64,000 nucleotides of DNA from the NCBI GenBank assembly GCA_027858965.1, contig JAQIBS010000107.1, positions 35,617 through 99,616 on the forward strand, in the 5' to 3' direction. The position numbers were made by a program, and so were the translations under genes. The stretch is from Kiritimatiellia bacterium. GTDB lineage: Bacteria; Verrucomicrobiota; Kiritimatiellia; RFP12; UBA1067. Shown piece after piece: positions 1 through 9,486 of this stretch (position 1 is its first letter; each line of letters opens with the position of its first letter). The notes under the pieces are model-generated. The model was not told the DNA's origin. It did not search any database and worked only from the letters and a program-made list of their open reading frames with translations.

Positions 1-155
1 AGCTGGAGGAGAGTTCTATTACAGACTCCTCTGTGGTTCATCAAAAACCGGTCTCAGTTTTCTATCTCTTTTTACTGCCAGCGTTGCTTCTAATGCTGGT
101 CGATATGATTTTAGGTGCCACCCTTCTTCGTGTTAACCAGGAGGTAGCCGCATGA
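1..155 (+). CDS. 3' end of an upstream membrane-protein gene (partial); its stop overlaps the start of the next gene
   Basis: The frame is open from position 3 to the TGA at 153-155, with no internal stops. The C-terminal sequence is hydrophobic (LFLLPALLLMLVDMILGATLL). The stop overlaps the ATG at 152, which indicates operon coupling. Confidence 0.35.
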   Translation, partial: LEESSITDSSVVHQKPVSVFYLFLLPALLLMLVDMILGATLLRVNQEVAA

Positions 156-2125
156 TATTTAAAGCTCCATGGTTATTTGTTCTGCTGCTTTTCCTTCCTT
201 TGATCTATAGGCTGTTGGTTTATGCCGAGGAGAGAGCACGGGATGCTGTGCGCACTCTGCGTGGTAGCAGCGACTTGGATCAGGTTCAACCGGGGAAAAT
301 ACGTATCGCGCTCAAACTGGGAGCGATTTTGATGATGATTGTTGCGCTGGCTCAGCCCGCCTGGAATCCCCATTCCATCCCGGCTGGAGTTAAGGGCCGT
401 GATCTTGTGATCGCAGTGGATATATCCCGTTCCATGCTGGCTGAGGATGTTTATCCCAATCGTTTGGAGGCCACCCGCTTTGTCCTGCTTGAGGCTCTTG
501 GATCTATGCGTGGTCAGCGCATAGGAGTGATTACCTTTGCCGGTTCATCATCAGTCCGGGTCCCTTTGACCCACGACCATAACTTTGTGCGATATATTCT
601 GGAGCGTATTTCCAGCGCTGATGCGGATGTAGGCAGTACATCGCTACAGGCCGCCATTGAAAAAGCTCTGGATATTGTGCTGGATGAATCGGAACGCGGT
701 AAACAGGATCTGATTATTTTTACCGATGGCGAGGATCATATCAGTAATGTGGACAAGGTAGTTGAAGAACTCCGCAATTGGGGTGCGCGCGTTTTGATTA
801 TTGGTCTCGGTGATCCGGTGGAGGGTGCTAAAGTTCCTGCAATCAGCGGAGACGATAAATGGATGAGCTACAAGGGACAGGATGTTGTCTCTCGACTGGA
901 TGAGCAGACTTTGAATAGACTGGCGGCAGAGTCGCCTGGAATTACCTACTACCCTGCACGGACAAAACCATTTGACCTGATGACGCTCTATCGAAATATG
1001 CTGATCGAGACAGAGGAACTTGAGATTGGCGATGCATCGCAGATGGTTTATGATGAGGGCTATATGTACTTTGTCGCTCTGGCTCTGCTCTTTTTTTTGA
1101 TCTCTTTCAAACGCAGGCTTCACGTTTCTTTGGCTCTTTTGATTCTGATGTGTGGGTGCTCGCAGAGGATGGATAACTCCGATGCTGAATATCAGAGCCG
1201 TTTTGATCAGGGACGCTCATCCTGGGCTGAGGCACAGAGTGTGATTGAGGCAAATCCTCTCCTGGGTCTGGAGATCCTCTCTGCGGCACGTGAGAGCTTT
1301 TTGCTGGCTGCTATTCTTAGATCGGGTGATATGCCGGTTGCTGAACAGATTGCGGGAGTCTCCGCTCAAATACATGCGATTGAGAAGAGGGTGCAAGAGG
1401 AGCAGAGGGAGGATGAGGAGCTGCAGCAACGCCTTGAAAAGGCGGTTGAGCTTTTAAGGGAATTGACAGAAAAAGAGGGGCAGCTTACCAGCCAGGGACA
1501 GAAGTTGATGCGTCGCAGACCACCTGCGCCGGAGAGCGAGAAAAAGGAATCGGCCATTGCCGTCAGTAGTCAACAAGTTGATGTTACGGAGGGCACGCAG
1601 GCTGTGCTGGCAGCTGTTAAATCCATGCAGACCAAGGTTCGGCAGATGTTGGCTGCCGCCTTTAACGATCAGGATAAACCTGTGACCACCGAGTTTGACG
1701 AAGTGGCTGATCTTTTGAGCTCTGCCGGAGTATCTCAGAGTGATGTCAAAGGACAGCTTGTTTCTGAAAAAATGAACTGGGTCAAAGCTAACTCATCTCT
1801 CCTGACTGCTACACGAAAAATGCAGGAGGCTTTGCAGCTACTGACCGACCAAAGCAATGATGAGTCAGATAGTGAGGATTCGGATGAGGGGGATATGGAG
1901 GACTGGGATTATGAGGATGATATGGAGTGGAGCGAATCCAATGAAGCGACCTCTCTCTCTATGCCTATCCGTTCCCAGAATTTTAACAGCGCCTTGAACA
2001 GCAGGAATATGCCGATACCGAACTACTCTGCAGAAGAGATTATGGCTGAGGAAGAAGCCAACCAAATGAAACGTGAACAACAGAATTCCTCCCGCGCCGG
2101 AGCTAAAGTGGAGAAGAATTGGTAG
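152..2125 (+). CDS. BatA-like aerotolerance-family protein: N-terminal BatA-type TM segment, von Willebrand factor A domain, and a long coiled-coil/acidic C-terminal extension
   Basis: The N-terminus MIFKAPWLFVLLLFLPLIY matches the BatA N-terminal domain. DLVIAVDISRSM...TFAGSS is a VWA MIDAS-type motif. The C-terminus is rich in E/D and Q. Confidence 0.7.
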   Translation: MIFKAPWLFVLLLFLPLIYRLLVYAEERARDAVRTLRGSSDLDQVQPGKIRIALKLGAILMMIVALAQPAWNPHSIPAGVKGRDLVIAVDISRSMLAEDVYPNRLEATRFVLLEALGSMRGQRIGVITFAGSSSVRVPLTHDHNFVRYILERISSADADVGSTSLQAAIEKALDIVLDESERGKQDLIIFTDGEDHISNVDKVVEELRNWGARVLIIGLGDPVEGAKVPAISGDDKWMSYKGQDVVSRLDEQTLNRLAAESPGITYYPARTKPFDLMTLYRNMLIETEELEIGDASQMVYDEGYMYFVALALLFFLISFKRRLHVSLALLILMCGCSQRMDNSDAEYQSRFDQGRSSWAEAQSVIEANPLLGLEILSAARESFLLAAILRSGDMPVAEQIAGVSAQIHAIEKRVQEEQREDEELQQRLEKAVELLRELTEKEGQLTSQGQKLMRRRPPAPESEKKESAIAVSSQQVDVTEGTQAVLAAVKSMQTKVRQMLAAAFNDQDKPVTTEFDEVADLLSSAGVSQSDVKGQLVSEKMNWVKANSSLLTATRKMQEALQLLTDQSNDESDSEDSDEGDMEDWDYEDDMEWSESNEATSLSMPIRSQNFNSALNSRNMPIPNYSAEEIMAEEEANQMKREQQNSSRAGAKVEKNW

Positions 2126-2240
2126 GTGGCAGGAGTCAGGAGTCAGGTATCAGGAGTCAGGAGGGAAGGCTTTGGACTTTAGGTTGTTAGGCTTTGGGCT
2201 TTGGGTTGTTGGGCTTTAGACTTTAGTGTCTCTCTGCTCA
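2126..2240. repeat. Stop-codon-rich tandem short repeats (AGTCAGG units, then GGCTTTRGG units) starting at the stop codon of the VWA gene; an inverted GGCTTTRGG-family copy lies at 2625-2662
   Basis: Read directly from the sequence. The two blocks bracket the four-helix-bundle fragment. Confidence 0.7.
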
Positions 2241-2441
2241 CATCTGATTATGTTTGCGAAGTATTTTTTAGACAGGATGACAGGATTAACAGGATGTTTG
2301 ACTTTTAATATTGTTTTCTATGCAACGCGAAGCGTTGTTTGCTAATGCGGTAATGACTATCACACAACCTGCCATAGAATGTGATAAAATTTCGCGCATA
2401 ACATGAAAAAGTTAGGTTGCGGCGCTGCCGCGTTAGAGTGA

Positions 2442-2624
2442 ATGGAGAGTTTTATGAGAGATCATAATAAATTAGTTGCGTTTCAGTTAGCGGACAGTTT
2501 CGTGATTCAGGTTTACCGTGTAACAAAGGCATTCCCTAAAGAAGAGATGTTTGGATTAACATCACAAATGCGAAGAGCGGCTGTGTCAATTGTATCAAAT
2601 ATTGTTGAGGGGTGTGCGCAATAA
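2442..2624 (+). pseudogene. Truncated four-helix-bundle protein (23S rRNA intervening-sequence protein family), about half length
   Basis: [43 protein letters not shown] is the family signature. The ORF is 60 aa, whereas typical members are about 115 aa. It is embedded in repeat-rich DNA. Confidence 0.45.
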
Positions 2625-2663
2625 AACCCCTAAAGCCTAACAGCCCAAAGCCTAAAGCCTGAA

Positions 2664-5222
2664 ATGTACGATAAAGCAACATATATAAAAAAAGCCGCAA
2701 TCACTGTAATATTGTTCTTTGCCGGATGCAGCCTCTTTGCTGTAGAGCCTATCATCACCGTCAAGGCGATGAGCGAGAGCCGTTTTGTGTATGAGCCCTT
2801 CTATTTGCAGGTTGATGTGACTTCGGATGAGGAGTTGGATCGTCCGGTTATCGAGGAAGGCGATGGTTATACTGTGGCATCTATCTCGCATGGTTATCGC
2901 TCACCGTATAATAAAAAGAGTATCATGAGCTTCCGGGTTGAGATTGTGGCCTCTGAAAAAGGAACTCTCACTATTGCACCGGCAGTTATCACAATTGGAG
3001 AAAAGTCTTTGTCGACCTCTCCCTTGCGGCTGGTTGTGGATGAGCCGCATCGCGCCGAGGAATGTTACATTGAAATTGCTTTCAGTTCCACAAACCTTTA
3101 TGTTGATCAGGCAGTTGAGATGAACGTCAAATGGTATAGTAAAACTCCTCTCATTCAATATCGCGAGCTGATGCTGGACATTCCTGTGTTGCGCAACGAT
3201 GGATTTGTGGCCTATCCTGTTGATCCTGATTTTCCTGAAAAACAGCGCATTGGAGTGCCGGTTAATGCGCAGCGGATTATCGCCCGAAAGATGAATGATG
3301 CGCAGGGCGAGAGTCTTGCTTTTAAATATATGCTGGTGGCTAAAAAGGCCGGTCGTTACAGCTTTGATGAGCTGCGGATTGCCAGTGCTTTCATGCTTGA
3401 AAAAGAGAGCAGTAATCAGTATCCAAGTTATTTCAATAATAATTTCTTTGCTCATCCGGATGCTGGCAACCGTTTTGAAAGAGTCTATCAGACGGTCGCT
3501 ATCCCGGCTTTGGAAGTCTCTGCTTTACCTGAAAAAGGACGCACTTCGCTTTACTGCGGTGTGGCTGGTGGATTGAGTGCTGCCGCAAGCATCAATCCTG
3601 TAGAGGCTGTGGTGGGACAGCCTATGATGTATGAGGTGACACTGACGAATATGGCCTTTGGCCGACAGCTGGCAGCCCTCCCGGATGCGGTGCTGGAAAA
3701 CATTGGGCCCTCATTTAAATTGACGCTCGAACCCATTCATGAATCCGTCTCTGTTAACAGTCATCATTTTGTTTATGCGGTACGCCCATTGCGTTGTGAT
3801 ATTGACTATGTGCCGGGATTGGCTATTCAAATTTTTGATGTTGAGAGGGGAGCGTATCGCATGGTACGTACAGCCCCGCTTCCTATATCGGTTCTTCCGG
3901 ATGGTGATAAAAAAGTCTACACCCCGGATCGAGGCGGAGCAAAGAGTGGTCAAAAGGTTTTGTCAGGAATACGAGCTAACAGAAAACAAAGCGTGGTGCT
4001 TATGAATGGATATGAAATGATTGAGTTTATAGGCCGGAGAGCCTTTCTGATATGGTTGCTTGCTCCGGTTGCATGGTTGTTGATCCGCAAGCGGGTGAGG
4101 CATCTGGAACGCTGCCGCACGGATGCGGATTATGCCCGGGCTTCAAAGGCGCTGAGCCGTTTCAGAAGACTGCTCGCTGAAGATGAGGACTTTGCTTTGC
4201 GTGAGTATATTGCTGATCGATTTGGACTTTGCGCCGAGGCTATGACTCAGGAGAGCTGTGCGAGTGAACTGGAGGCGCATGGACTTTGCTCTGAGGTGGT
4301 GCAGATGGCCCGGGATTATTTTGAATCACTTGATGTGAAAAAATACTCGCCCGTCGGAGATAAAGCTGAGAGCCGTATAGGCGTTAAGAAACTGGTGAAG
4401 GCTATTGATCGGGCTACAAAAGCTTTGGTGCTGCTTTTGTTCTTAATGCCGTTGTTAACACTTGCGGACAATGCCTCTCATAAAAAGGTCACTACATTAT
4501 CAGGTAAATGTAGTGGCGGCTCTCAGAGCCGCATTGATTTAGAAACAGCTACTCATAAATTTACCGCGGCTATGGCGTTACAGGCTGCGCGACCTGATGA
4601 AGCATGTCCGTTGTTTGTAGAATCGGCTTTGGCTTTTGAGAGTGCCGGGTTTCATTTCAATGCAGGTAACAGCTGGTTTTTTGCGGGTGAGAGTGGTCGG
4701 GCATTAGCTGCTTATCTGGCTGCTGAAAGTCGGGCTCCGTTCAATCGTGAAATTAGTGAGGGAATTGCGTTTATCCGTGCTCAGCGACCGGACGATTTTC
4801 CAGCTTCCGGTGGCTTAAGCTCGGTGATTGTTACTATGTGGCAGCAGCTCTGTCGCTGGAACATCTATCTGCGTTTGGGATTTCTGTCCGTGTTATATAT
4901 GTCGCTCTGGTGTGTTTATATTCTCTCGCGGATATGGGGCTTTAAATTAGATCGGCGTTTCTGGACTGGCTGTGGTGTCGTGCTGGGGTTTATCCTGATC
5001 ACAATCTTGTACTCCCTCCTGCAACCGGAACGCGGAGTTGTGATTCAGAGTGTCGGGGCGCGGTTGGGGCCGGGCTATGCCTATGCTCCTGCGTATGAGG
5101 GTGTGCTGCATCCCGCAGTCGAGTTTGAGTGGCTGGCTGAAGAGGGCGGCTGGGTATCAGCCCGGCTGCCGGATGACAACACGGTCTGGCTGCATGAAAG
5201 CACCTGCGTCAAGGTGCGTTGA
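2664..5222 (+). CDS. Large membrane-anchored protein, BatD-like (oxygen tolerance family) with a TPR-like C-terminal region
   Basis: It has a signal peptide, a mid-protein TM segment (FLIWLLAPVAWLLIRKR), TPR-like helices and C-terminal TM helices. It lies immediately downstream of the BatA-like VWA gene, matching the bat operon arrangement. Confidence 0.4.
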   Translation: MYDKATYIKKAAITVILFFAGCSLFAVEPIITVKAMSESRFVYEPFYLQVDVTSDEELDRPVIEEGDGYTVASISHGYRSPYNKKSIMSFRVEIVASEKGTLTIAPAVITIGEKSLSTSPLRLVVDEPHRAEECYIEIAFSSTNLYVDQAVEMNVKWYSKTPLIQYRELMLDIPVLRNDGFVAYPVDPDFPEKQRIGVPVNAQRIIARKMNDAQGESLAFKYMLVAKKAGRYSFDELRIASAFMLEKESSNQYPSYFNNNFFAHPDAGNRFERVYQTVAIPALEVSALPEKGRTSLYCGVAGGLSAAASINPVEAVVGQPMMYEVTLTNMAFGRQLAALPDAVLENIGPSFKLTLEPIHESVSVNSHHFVYAVRPLRCDIDYVPGLAIQIFDVERGAYRMVRTAPLPISVLPDGDKKVYTPDRGGAKSGQKVLSGIRANRKQSVVLMNGYEMIEFIGRRAFLIWLLAPVAWLLIRKRVRHLERCRTDADYARASKALSRFRRLLAEDEDFALREYIADRFGLCAEAMTQESCASELEAHGLCSEVVQMARDYFESLDVKKYSPVGDKAESRIGVKKLVKAIDRATKALVLLLFLMPLLTLADNASHKKVTTLSGKCSGGSQSRIDLETATHKFTAAMALQAARPDEACPLFVESALAFESAGFHFNAGNSWFFAGESGRALAAYLAAESRAPFNREISEGIAFIRAQRPDDFPASGGLSSVIVTMWQQLCRWNIYLRLGFLSVLYMSLWCVYILSRIWGFKLDRRFWTGCGVVLGFILITILYSLLQPERGVVIQSVGARLGPGYAYAPAYEGVLHPAVEFEWLAEEGGWVSARLPDDNTVWLHESTCVKVR

Positions 5223-5387
5223 GTTTACTGGGTGAAATTTTATTATCCACGAAAGATCACAAGGAACACAAAGAAATACTTTGAGTTCTATGTGCTACAA
5301 ACAGTAATATTCTTGATTTTTTTGCAGGTTTTTTTCAACCACGGAGCCCATAGCGCAGCATAGCCGCAACCAAATTCTTTGACAGAA

Positions 5388-5504
5388 TTAACAGGATATT
5401 ACTGCTCCAAGGATTATTTCTCACAGAGTCACAGAGAACACGGAGAGAAAACCACTAAAGATATTACTCTGTGAACTCTGTGCCTCTGTGAGAGATAAAA
5501 AACG
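5388..5504 (+). repeat. Left arm of a ~117-bp inverted repeat (CACAGAG-rich) flanking the two SGNH hydrolase genes
   Basis: About 95% identical to the reverse complement of 8174-8292. Confidence 0.8.
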
Positions 5505-5601
5505 TACAGAAAAAACACGAAAATGAATGATAGTAGTACGAAGGACACGAAGAAAAGAATGATTTACTCATTCAACTTTGTGATCTTCGTGGTGAGGATA
5601 T

Positions 5602-6444
5602 TTAGTTGCGGGCCGCCAGCTGCTTCAGAATATTCTCCGCAATGAATGCTCCCATATACTCATAACCCTCGCCCTTGAAGTGGCAGTTTTTGGGAAGCTG
5701 ATACTCGCCAATTTTGGGTTGAATATATGCATGCAGGTCAATCACCGGTACTTTGTGACTTTTCATCAATGGAGTGGCAACTCCATTCAGACGATCGATG
5801 GAGCCTTCGACATACTCATTGGCACCTTCAGGAACCGGAGTGGATGTATACCACATGATCTTCTTTGTGCGAGGTTTAATGCGCGCAAGCAGCTTTTCCA
5901 GATTGGCGGTGTACTCTTCGGTTTTAGTACGGCGGTCGTGAATTCCGAAATTGAATACTACCAGGTCCCAGCTGTCATCGCCCAGCCAGACATCAAGCTT
6001 TTGCAATCCATAGTGGGTTGGTCCGCAGTTGGCAGGTGCCCGGTGCACATTGACTTTGCCTTTGAGTGCATTACGTACCGGCACAGTACATCCACGTGAG
6101 ATTGAGTCGCCGATAATCAGAATACGTGGTAGCGCGGGATCGTCCTTAACATAGTCCCATGCTGTAATGCTCCCCCTGGCCTTTGATTTAATGTAGAGCG
6201 GATAGTAGAAGCCACCGAGGTTTTCTGCCAGGATCTTTTCCCAGCCACGTTGTTCTGCTGAAAACTCCGGATTGGTCGTGCGGTCGGTAACAGTAGTCTG
6301 GGCTTTTTCGTTGATGGCCTTGCCGCTGCTGGGCTCTTTTGCAAATTTGGCGGCAGGATCAACTTTTTTATCCTCTGCGTTGCAGGGGGATACAGTTAGT
6401 GCATAAATGCAGAGCGTCATGAGAGAGAGCATAAAGTTTTTCAT
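5602..6444 (-). CDS. Secreted SGNH/GDSL-type hydrolase (acetylesterase/lipase-like)
   Basis: Signal peptide MKNFMLSLMTLCIYALTVSPCNA and the LIIGDSISRG block with a catalytic Ser. The start was moved to the ATG at 6444, which has an upstream purine-rich site. Confidence 0.65.
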   Translation of the reverse strand: MKNFMLSLMTLCIYALTVSPCNAEDKKVDPAAKFAKEPSSGKAINEKAQTTVTDRTTNPEFSAEQRGWEKILAENLGGFYYPLYIKSKARGSITAWDYVKDDPALPRILIIGDSISRGCTVPVRNALKGKVNVHRAPANCGPTHYGLQKLDVWLGDDSWDLVVFNFGIHDRRTKTEEYTANLEKLLARIKPRTKKIMWYTSTPVPEGANEYVEGSIDRLNGVATPLMKSHKVPVIDLHAYIQPKIGEYQLPKNCHFKGEGYEYMGAFIAENILKQLAARN

Positions 6445-6688
6445 AGATGGATCTTGTTTTGTTCGTTTTGATCGTCTGGCAATCCTTGCCATTATCATAA
6501 TCTGATGTTGTCCCGCTACGCGGAGCAACATATGTGTAGCAACGTAGGTCGGGCGCTACGAGCCCGATCCACAGCAGCAACAACTTTTCTGGTCGAGCTC
6601 GTAGCGCTCGACCTACCTCCGACAACATGTTTTTAAGGATCAATCCGGCTGAGCGGGACCTTGCCCTTCGATGAAGGGCTTAATAAAT

Positions 6689-8047
6689 TTATTTAACCGG
6701 TTTGATTTCAAAGTGATGCACTACGGGTTTACGCAGGACATTGATCTGCTTTTCGAAATCAGCAATCTGCTTGTCCAGCTCAGCCAGTTTGGCGGCATCA
6801 CCACCCTTGAGCTGCACATTGCGCCAGCGGTTAAAGTAAACTTCGTTCTTTTTGAACACAAGAGTCAGGATTTTATCGGCCTGTGCACTGGCAGGAGTTG
6901 CAACCTTCGCCAGGTTGGTGCAGGCCTTGCCCTCTGTGGATGTGATTTTAACGACGCTTTTTCCGTCAATTAAAATGTCATACTCGCCATCAGCCAGCCC
7001 TTTGACGCAAATCGGATAGCGGTTCAGGTCGCAGGTGATTTTTTCCAGTTTGAGAGCATTGAGGGCGCGCTTGTCAATAGGCATTGGTAACGCATTGTCC
7101 AGACGGTCGAATGAGAGAATGCCATCTTTATATGAAAAGTTGGAGACCGTGCAGTTTTTCGTAACAACCTTTTTTGTAAGGAATTCGTACCACTTTACGG
7201 ATGTGTCAATAACGGCAGCTGAGACCATAGCTGGTGCCTGAAGCTCTTTGAGTATAGCCCAGGCCATAACTGTGTGACCGCATGGACCGGGATGAACGGC
7301 ATCGCCTTCACCGATTGTTTTGCTCTGTCCCTCAGTACGTTTGCAGATCATCTCCATAAAGGGAGTAAATTGATCAGCAAATTCAGCACCCTCTGCAGCG
7401 GCGATCTCTTTGAGTCCGTCAGAGAATTTACATAGAGACTGATTGCGGGGATCTGTTTTTGGGTCTTTCTTCATGTCCTCAATCGGCTGGGGGGTCAGCA
7501 GGGCAACACGGGCGCCGTTCTTTTTGAGGGTGCGCACAATCTCTTCCTGACTGCGTTTATAGGCGCGGAAGATGTCAGGACGGAATGCCTGATAGCTGTG
7601 ATCGTTCATGCCGAAGTTAACTGTTACTGCTGTGGGCTTGAGTGGGAGAATATCGCGTTCGAGCCCTTTGTTAACGGCCTCGGTTACCATTTTTTCAAGC
7701 AATTCGCCAGTGGCGGAAAAAAGTTTGCCTTCATCTGTCTTCCAACGTTTGCGCAACCATGCCGTATCGCCGCCCCAGCCGGAGTTACGGAAAGTCAGGT
7801 TGTATTCGGGAAAACGGGTCAGGGTATAGGCTTCAATGTAAGTCGTGTAGAGTTTCTGTTGGGTGATGCTGTCTCCCAGAAATACAACGCTGTCGTTGTC
7901 TTTGATAAAAAATCCATTCGCAGTTGTATTTGCTTTAACACAGGATTTCGGACAGGCTTTTGCGTCGGAACATTTACAGCTCTGGCTGTAGGCTACACCC
8001 AGGGTTAATGTCATCGCCAGAAAGGCGGCGGTTTTAAGATGTTTCAT
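6689..8047 (-). CDS. Secreted SGNH/GDSL hydrolase family protein (452 aa)
   Basis: Signal peptide MKHLKTAAFLAMTLTLGVAYSQ and the VVFLGDSITQ block I motif. Confidence 0.65.
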   Translation of the reverse strand: MKHLKTAAFLAMTLTLGVAYSQSCKCSDAKACPKSCVKANTTANGFFIKDNDSVVFLGDSITQQKLYTTYIEAYTLTRFPEYNLTFRNSGWGGDTAWLRKRWKTDEGKLFSATGELLEKMVTEAVNKGLERDILPLKPTAVTVNFGMNDHSYQAFRPDIFRAYKRSQEEIVRTLKKNGARVALLTPQPIEDMKKDPKTDPRNQSLCKFSDGLKEIAAAEGAEFADQFTPFMEMICKRTEGQSKTIGEGDAVHPGPCGHTVMAWAILKELQAPAMVSAAVIDTSVKWYEFLTKKVVTKNCTVSNFSYKDGILSFDRLDNALPMPIDKRALNALKLEKITCDLNRYPICVKGLADGEYDILIDGKSVVKITSTEGKACTNLAKVATPASAQADKILTLVFKKNEVYFNRWRNVQLKGGDAAKLAELDKQIADFEKQINVLRKPVVHHFEIKPVK

Positions 8048-8173
8048 CGTAAGGTCCTCTTTGTATTGTTTATAATTGTGTAATAGTAAATACCTTTACG
8101 GGTTTAATGTCAAGTTTGTGATTTGCCCGTCCAACTTCATACGACTATCTTTCATATCTTTGTCCTGTTATGC

Positions 8174-8292
8174 ACGTTTTTTATCTCTCACAGAGGCACA
8201 GAGTTCACAGAGTAATATCTTTAGTGGTTTTCTCTCCGTGTTCTCTGTGACTCTGTGAGAAATAATTCTTGGAGCAGTAATATCCTGGAAAA
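8174..8292 (-). repeat. Right arm of the ~117-bp inverted repeat
   Basis: See the 5388-5504 entry. Confidence 0.8.
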
Positions 8293-8798
8293 ACGCAGTA
8301 AGGCCACCCTTGTGGTGGCAGTGACCGCAGGGAGCGGCAATCCTGTCAAGAAATTGGGTTGCGGCTGAAAGCAACTTTAGACTCAATACATTAATTCTGG
8401 TATGATTTCTCCTCTAGTTTTAAGGAAAAACAGGTTTTAATATGAATTATATGATGACAGTATTTGTTTTTTGATGGCCTTGATTGTCTGTGCTCGTGAA
8501 CATCGGTTCTTGTCTCTCATGGCAATGGTGCGGGTGAGTACAGTCTGAAGGATGGCAAAAGGGTGAAGGTTATTGCTGATACCTATAAAAACATTAGCTC
8601 TGCACGGCGTCTTCTGGATGGCGGTACAATGCTGGTCAGCCGCAACGGAGAGGTTTATATGTTAAATAAATCACGAAAACAGGTTCAGTCTTTTAAAATT
8701 AGGTATTCGCCTGGCTCGATTCAAAATGTGTTGCCAAACAGGTGGTATAAGATTTATCCTATAACATTGTTTTAAGTGATTTCAGACAAGGAGTTTTT

Positions 8799-9479
8799 AT
8801 GGCTTTGAATATTGTCAGTAAAATTGATAAGAGTGTATCAATTAGAAGTGTTTTGATGAGTGTTTCTGATAAAAGCGGGTTGGAGGAGTTTGTTCCAGGG
8901 CTGATTAAGAGCTGTCCTGATGTTAAGATCTACTCTACCGGTGGCACCTATGCCGCTGTCCAGAGAATTCTGGGAGAGGAGCTGGCGGCAAAGCATCTGG
9001 TCTCAGTATCGGATTATACCGGTCAGCCGGAGATGCAGGGCGGTCTGGTGAAAACTCTCGACTTTAAGATTTATCTGGGATTGTTGAGCGAAACATATAA
9101 TGAAGCTCATCAGCAGGATTTGAAACGTACGCAGGGTGTTGCCCTGGACATGGTTGTTGTGAACCTCTATCCTTTTGCTCAGACGATTGCCCGTGCGGGA
9201 GTGACGGCCGAGGAGGCCCGTACGAATATTGATATTGGCGGACCTTGTATGGTGCGTGCGTCAGCCAAGAACTATCTTAGGGTGACTTCTGTGACTGATC
9301 CCGCAGACTACAGTGCTCTGATAGATGAACTCTCCTCCGGTAATGGATGCGTTGGGCTGGATACCCGATTGAAGCTGATGAAAAAGGCTTTTGCGCATAC
9401 CGCGCAGTATGATACGGCGATTGCCGGATTCTTTGCAGGGATTGAGAGTGATACCCTGTTGTCATTATATGATTTATGA
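8799..9479 (+). CDS. Standalone IMP cyclohydrolase-like protein (PurH N-terminal MGS-like domain only)
   Basis: LMSVSDKSGLEEF...YSTGGT, VVVNLYPFAQT and DIGGPCMVRASAKNY match the PurH IMPCH domain. There is no AICAR transformylase half; the next gene starts 8 bp after the stop. Confidence 0.65.
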   Translation: MALNIVSKIDKSVSIRSVLMSVSDKSGLEEFVPGLIKSCPDVKIYSTGGTYAAVQRILGEELAAKHLVSVSDYTGQPEMQGGLVKTLDFKIYLGLLSETYNEAHQQDLKRTQGVALDMVVVNLYPFAQTIARAGVTAEEARTNIDIGGPCMVRASAKNYLRVTSVTDPADYSALIDELSSGNGCVGLDTRLKLMKKAFAHTAQYDTAIAGFFAGIESDTLLSLYDL

Positions 9480-9486
9480 AGGATAA

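Noticed and set aside
8400-8798. About 400-bp leader upstream of the purH-like gene (and the 59590-59836 leader of purM) examined for ZTP or purine riboswitches; small ORF 8563..8775 also considered
   Set aside because: No pfl/ZTP core (GGGTCGTGAC ... CCGGGCGC) and no purine-riboswitch J-loop motifs (GTTTCTACC / CCGTAAAT) were found. The 70-aa ORF has only a GTG start, no Shine-Dalgarno and an odd composition.
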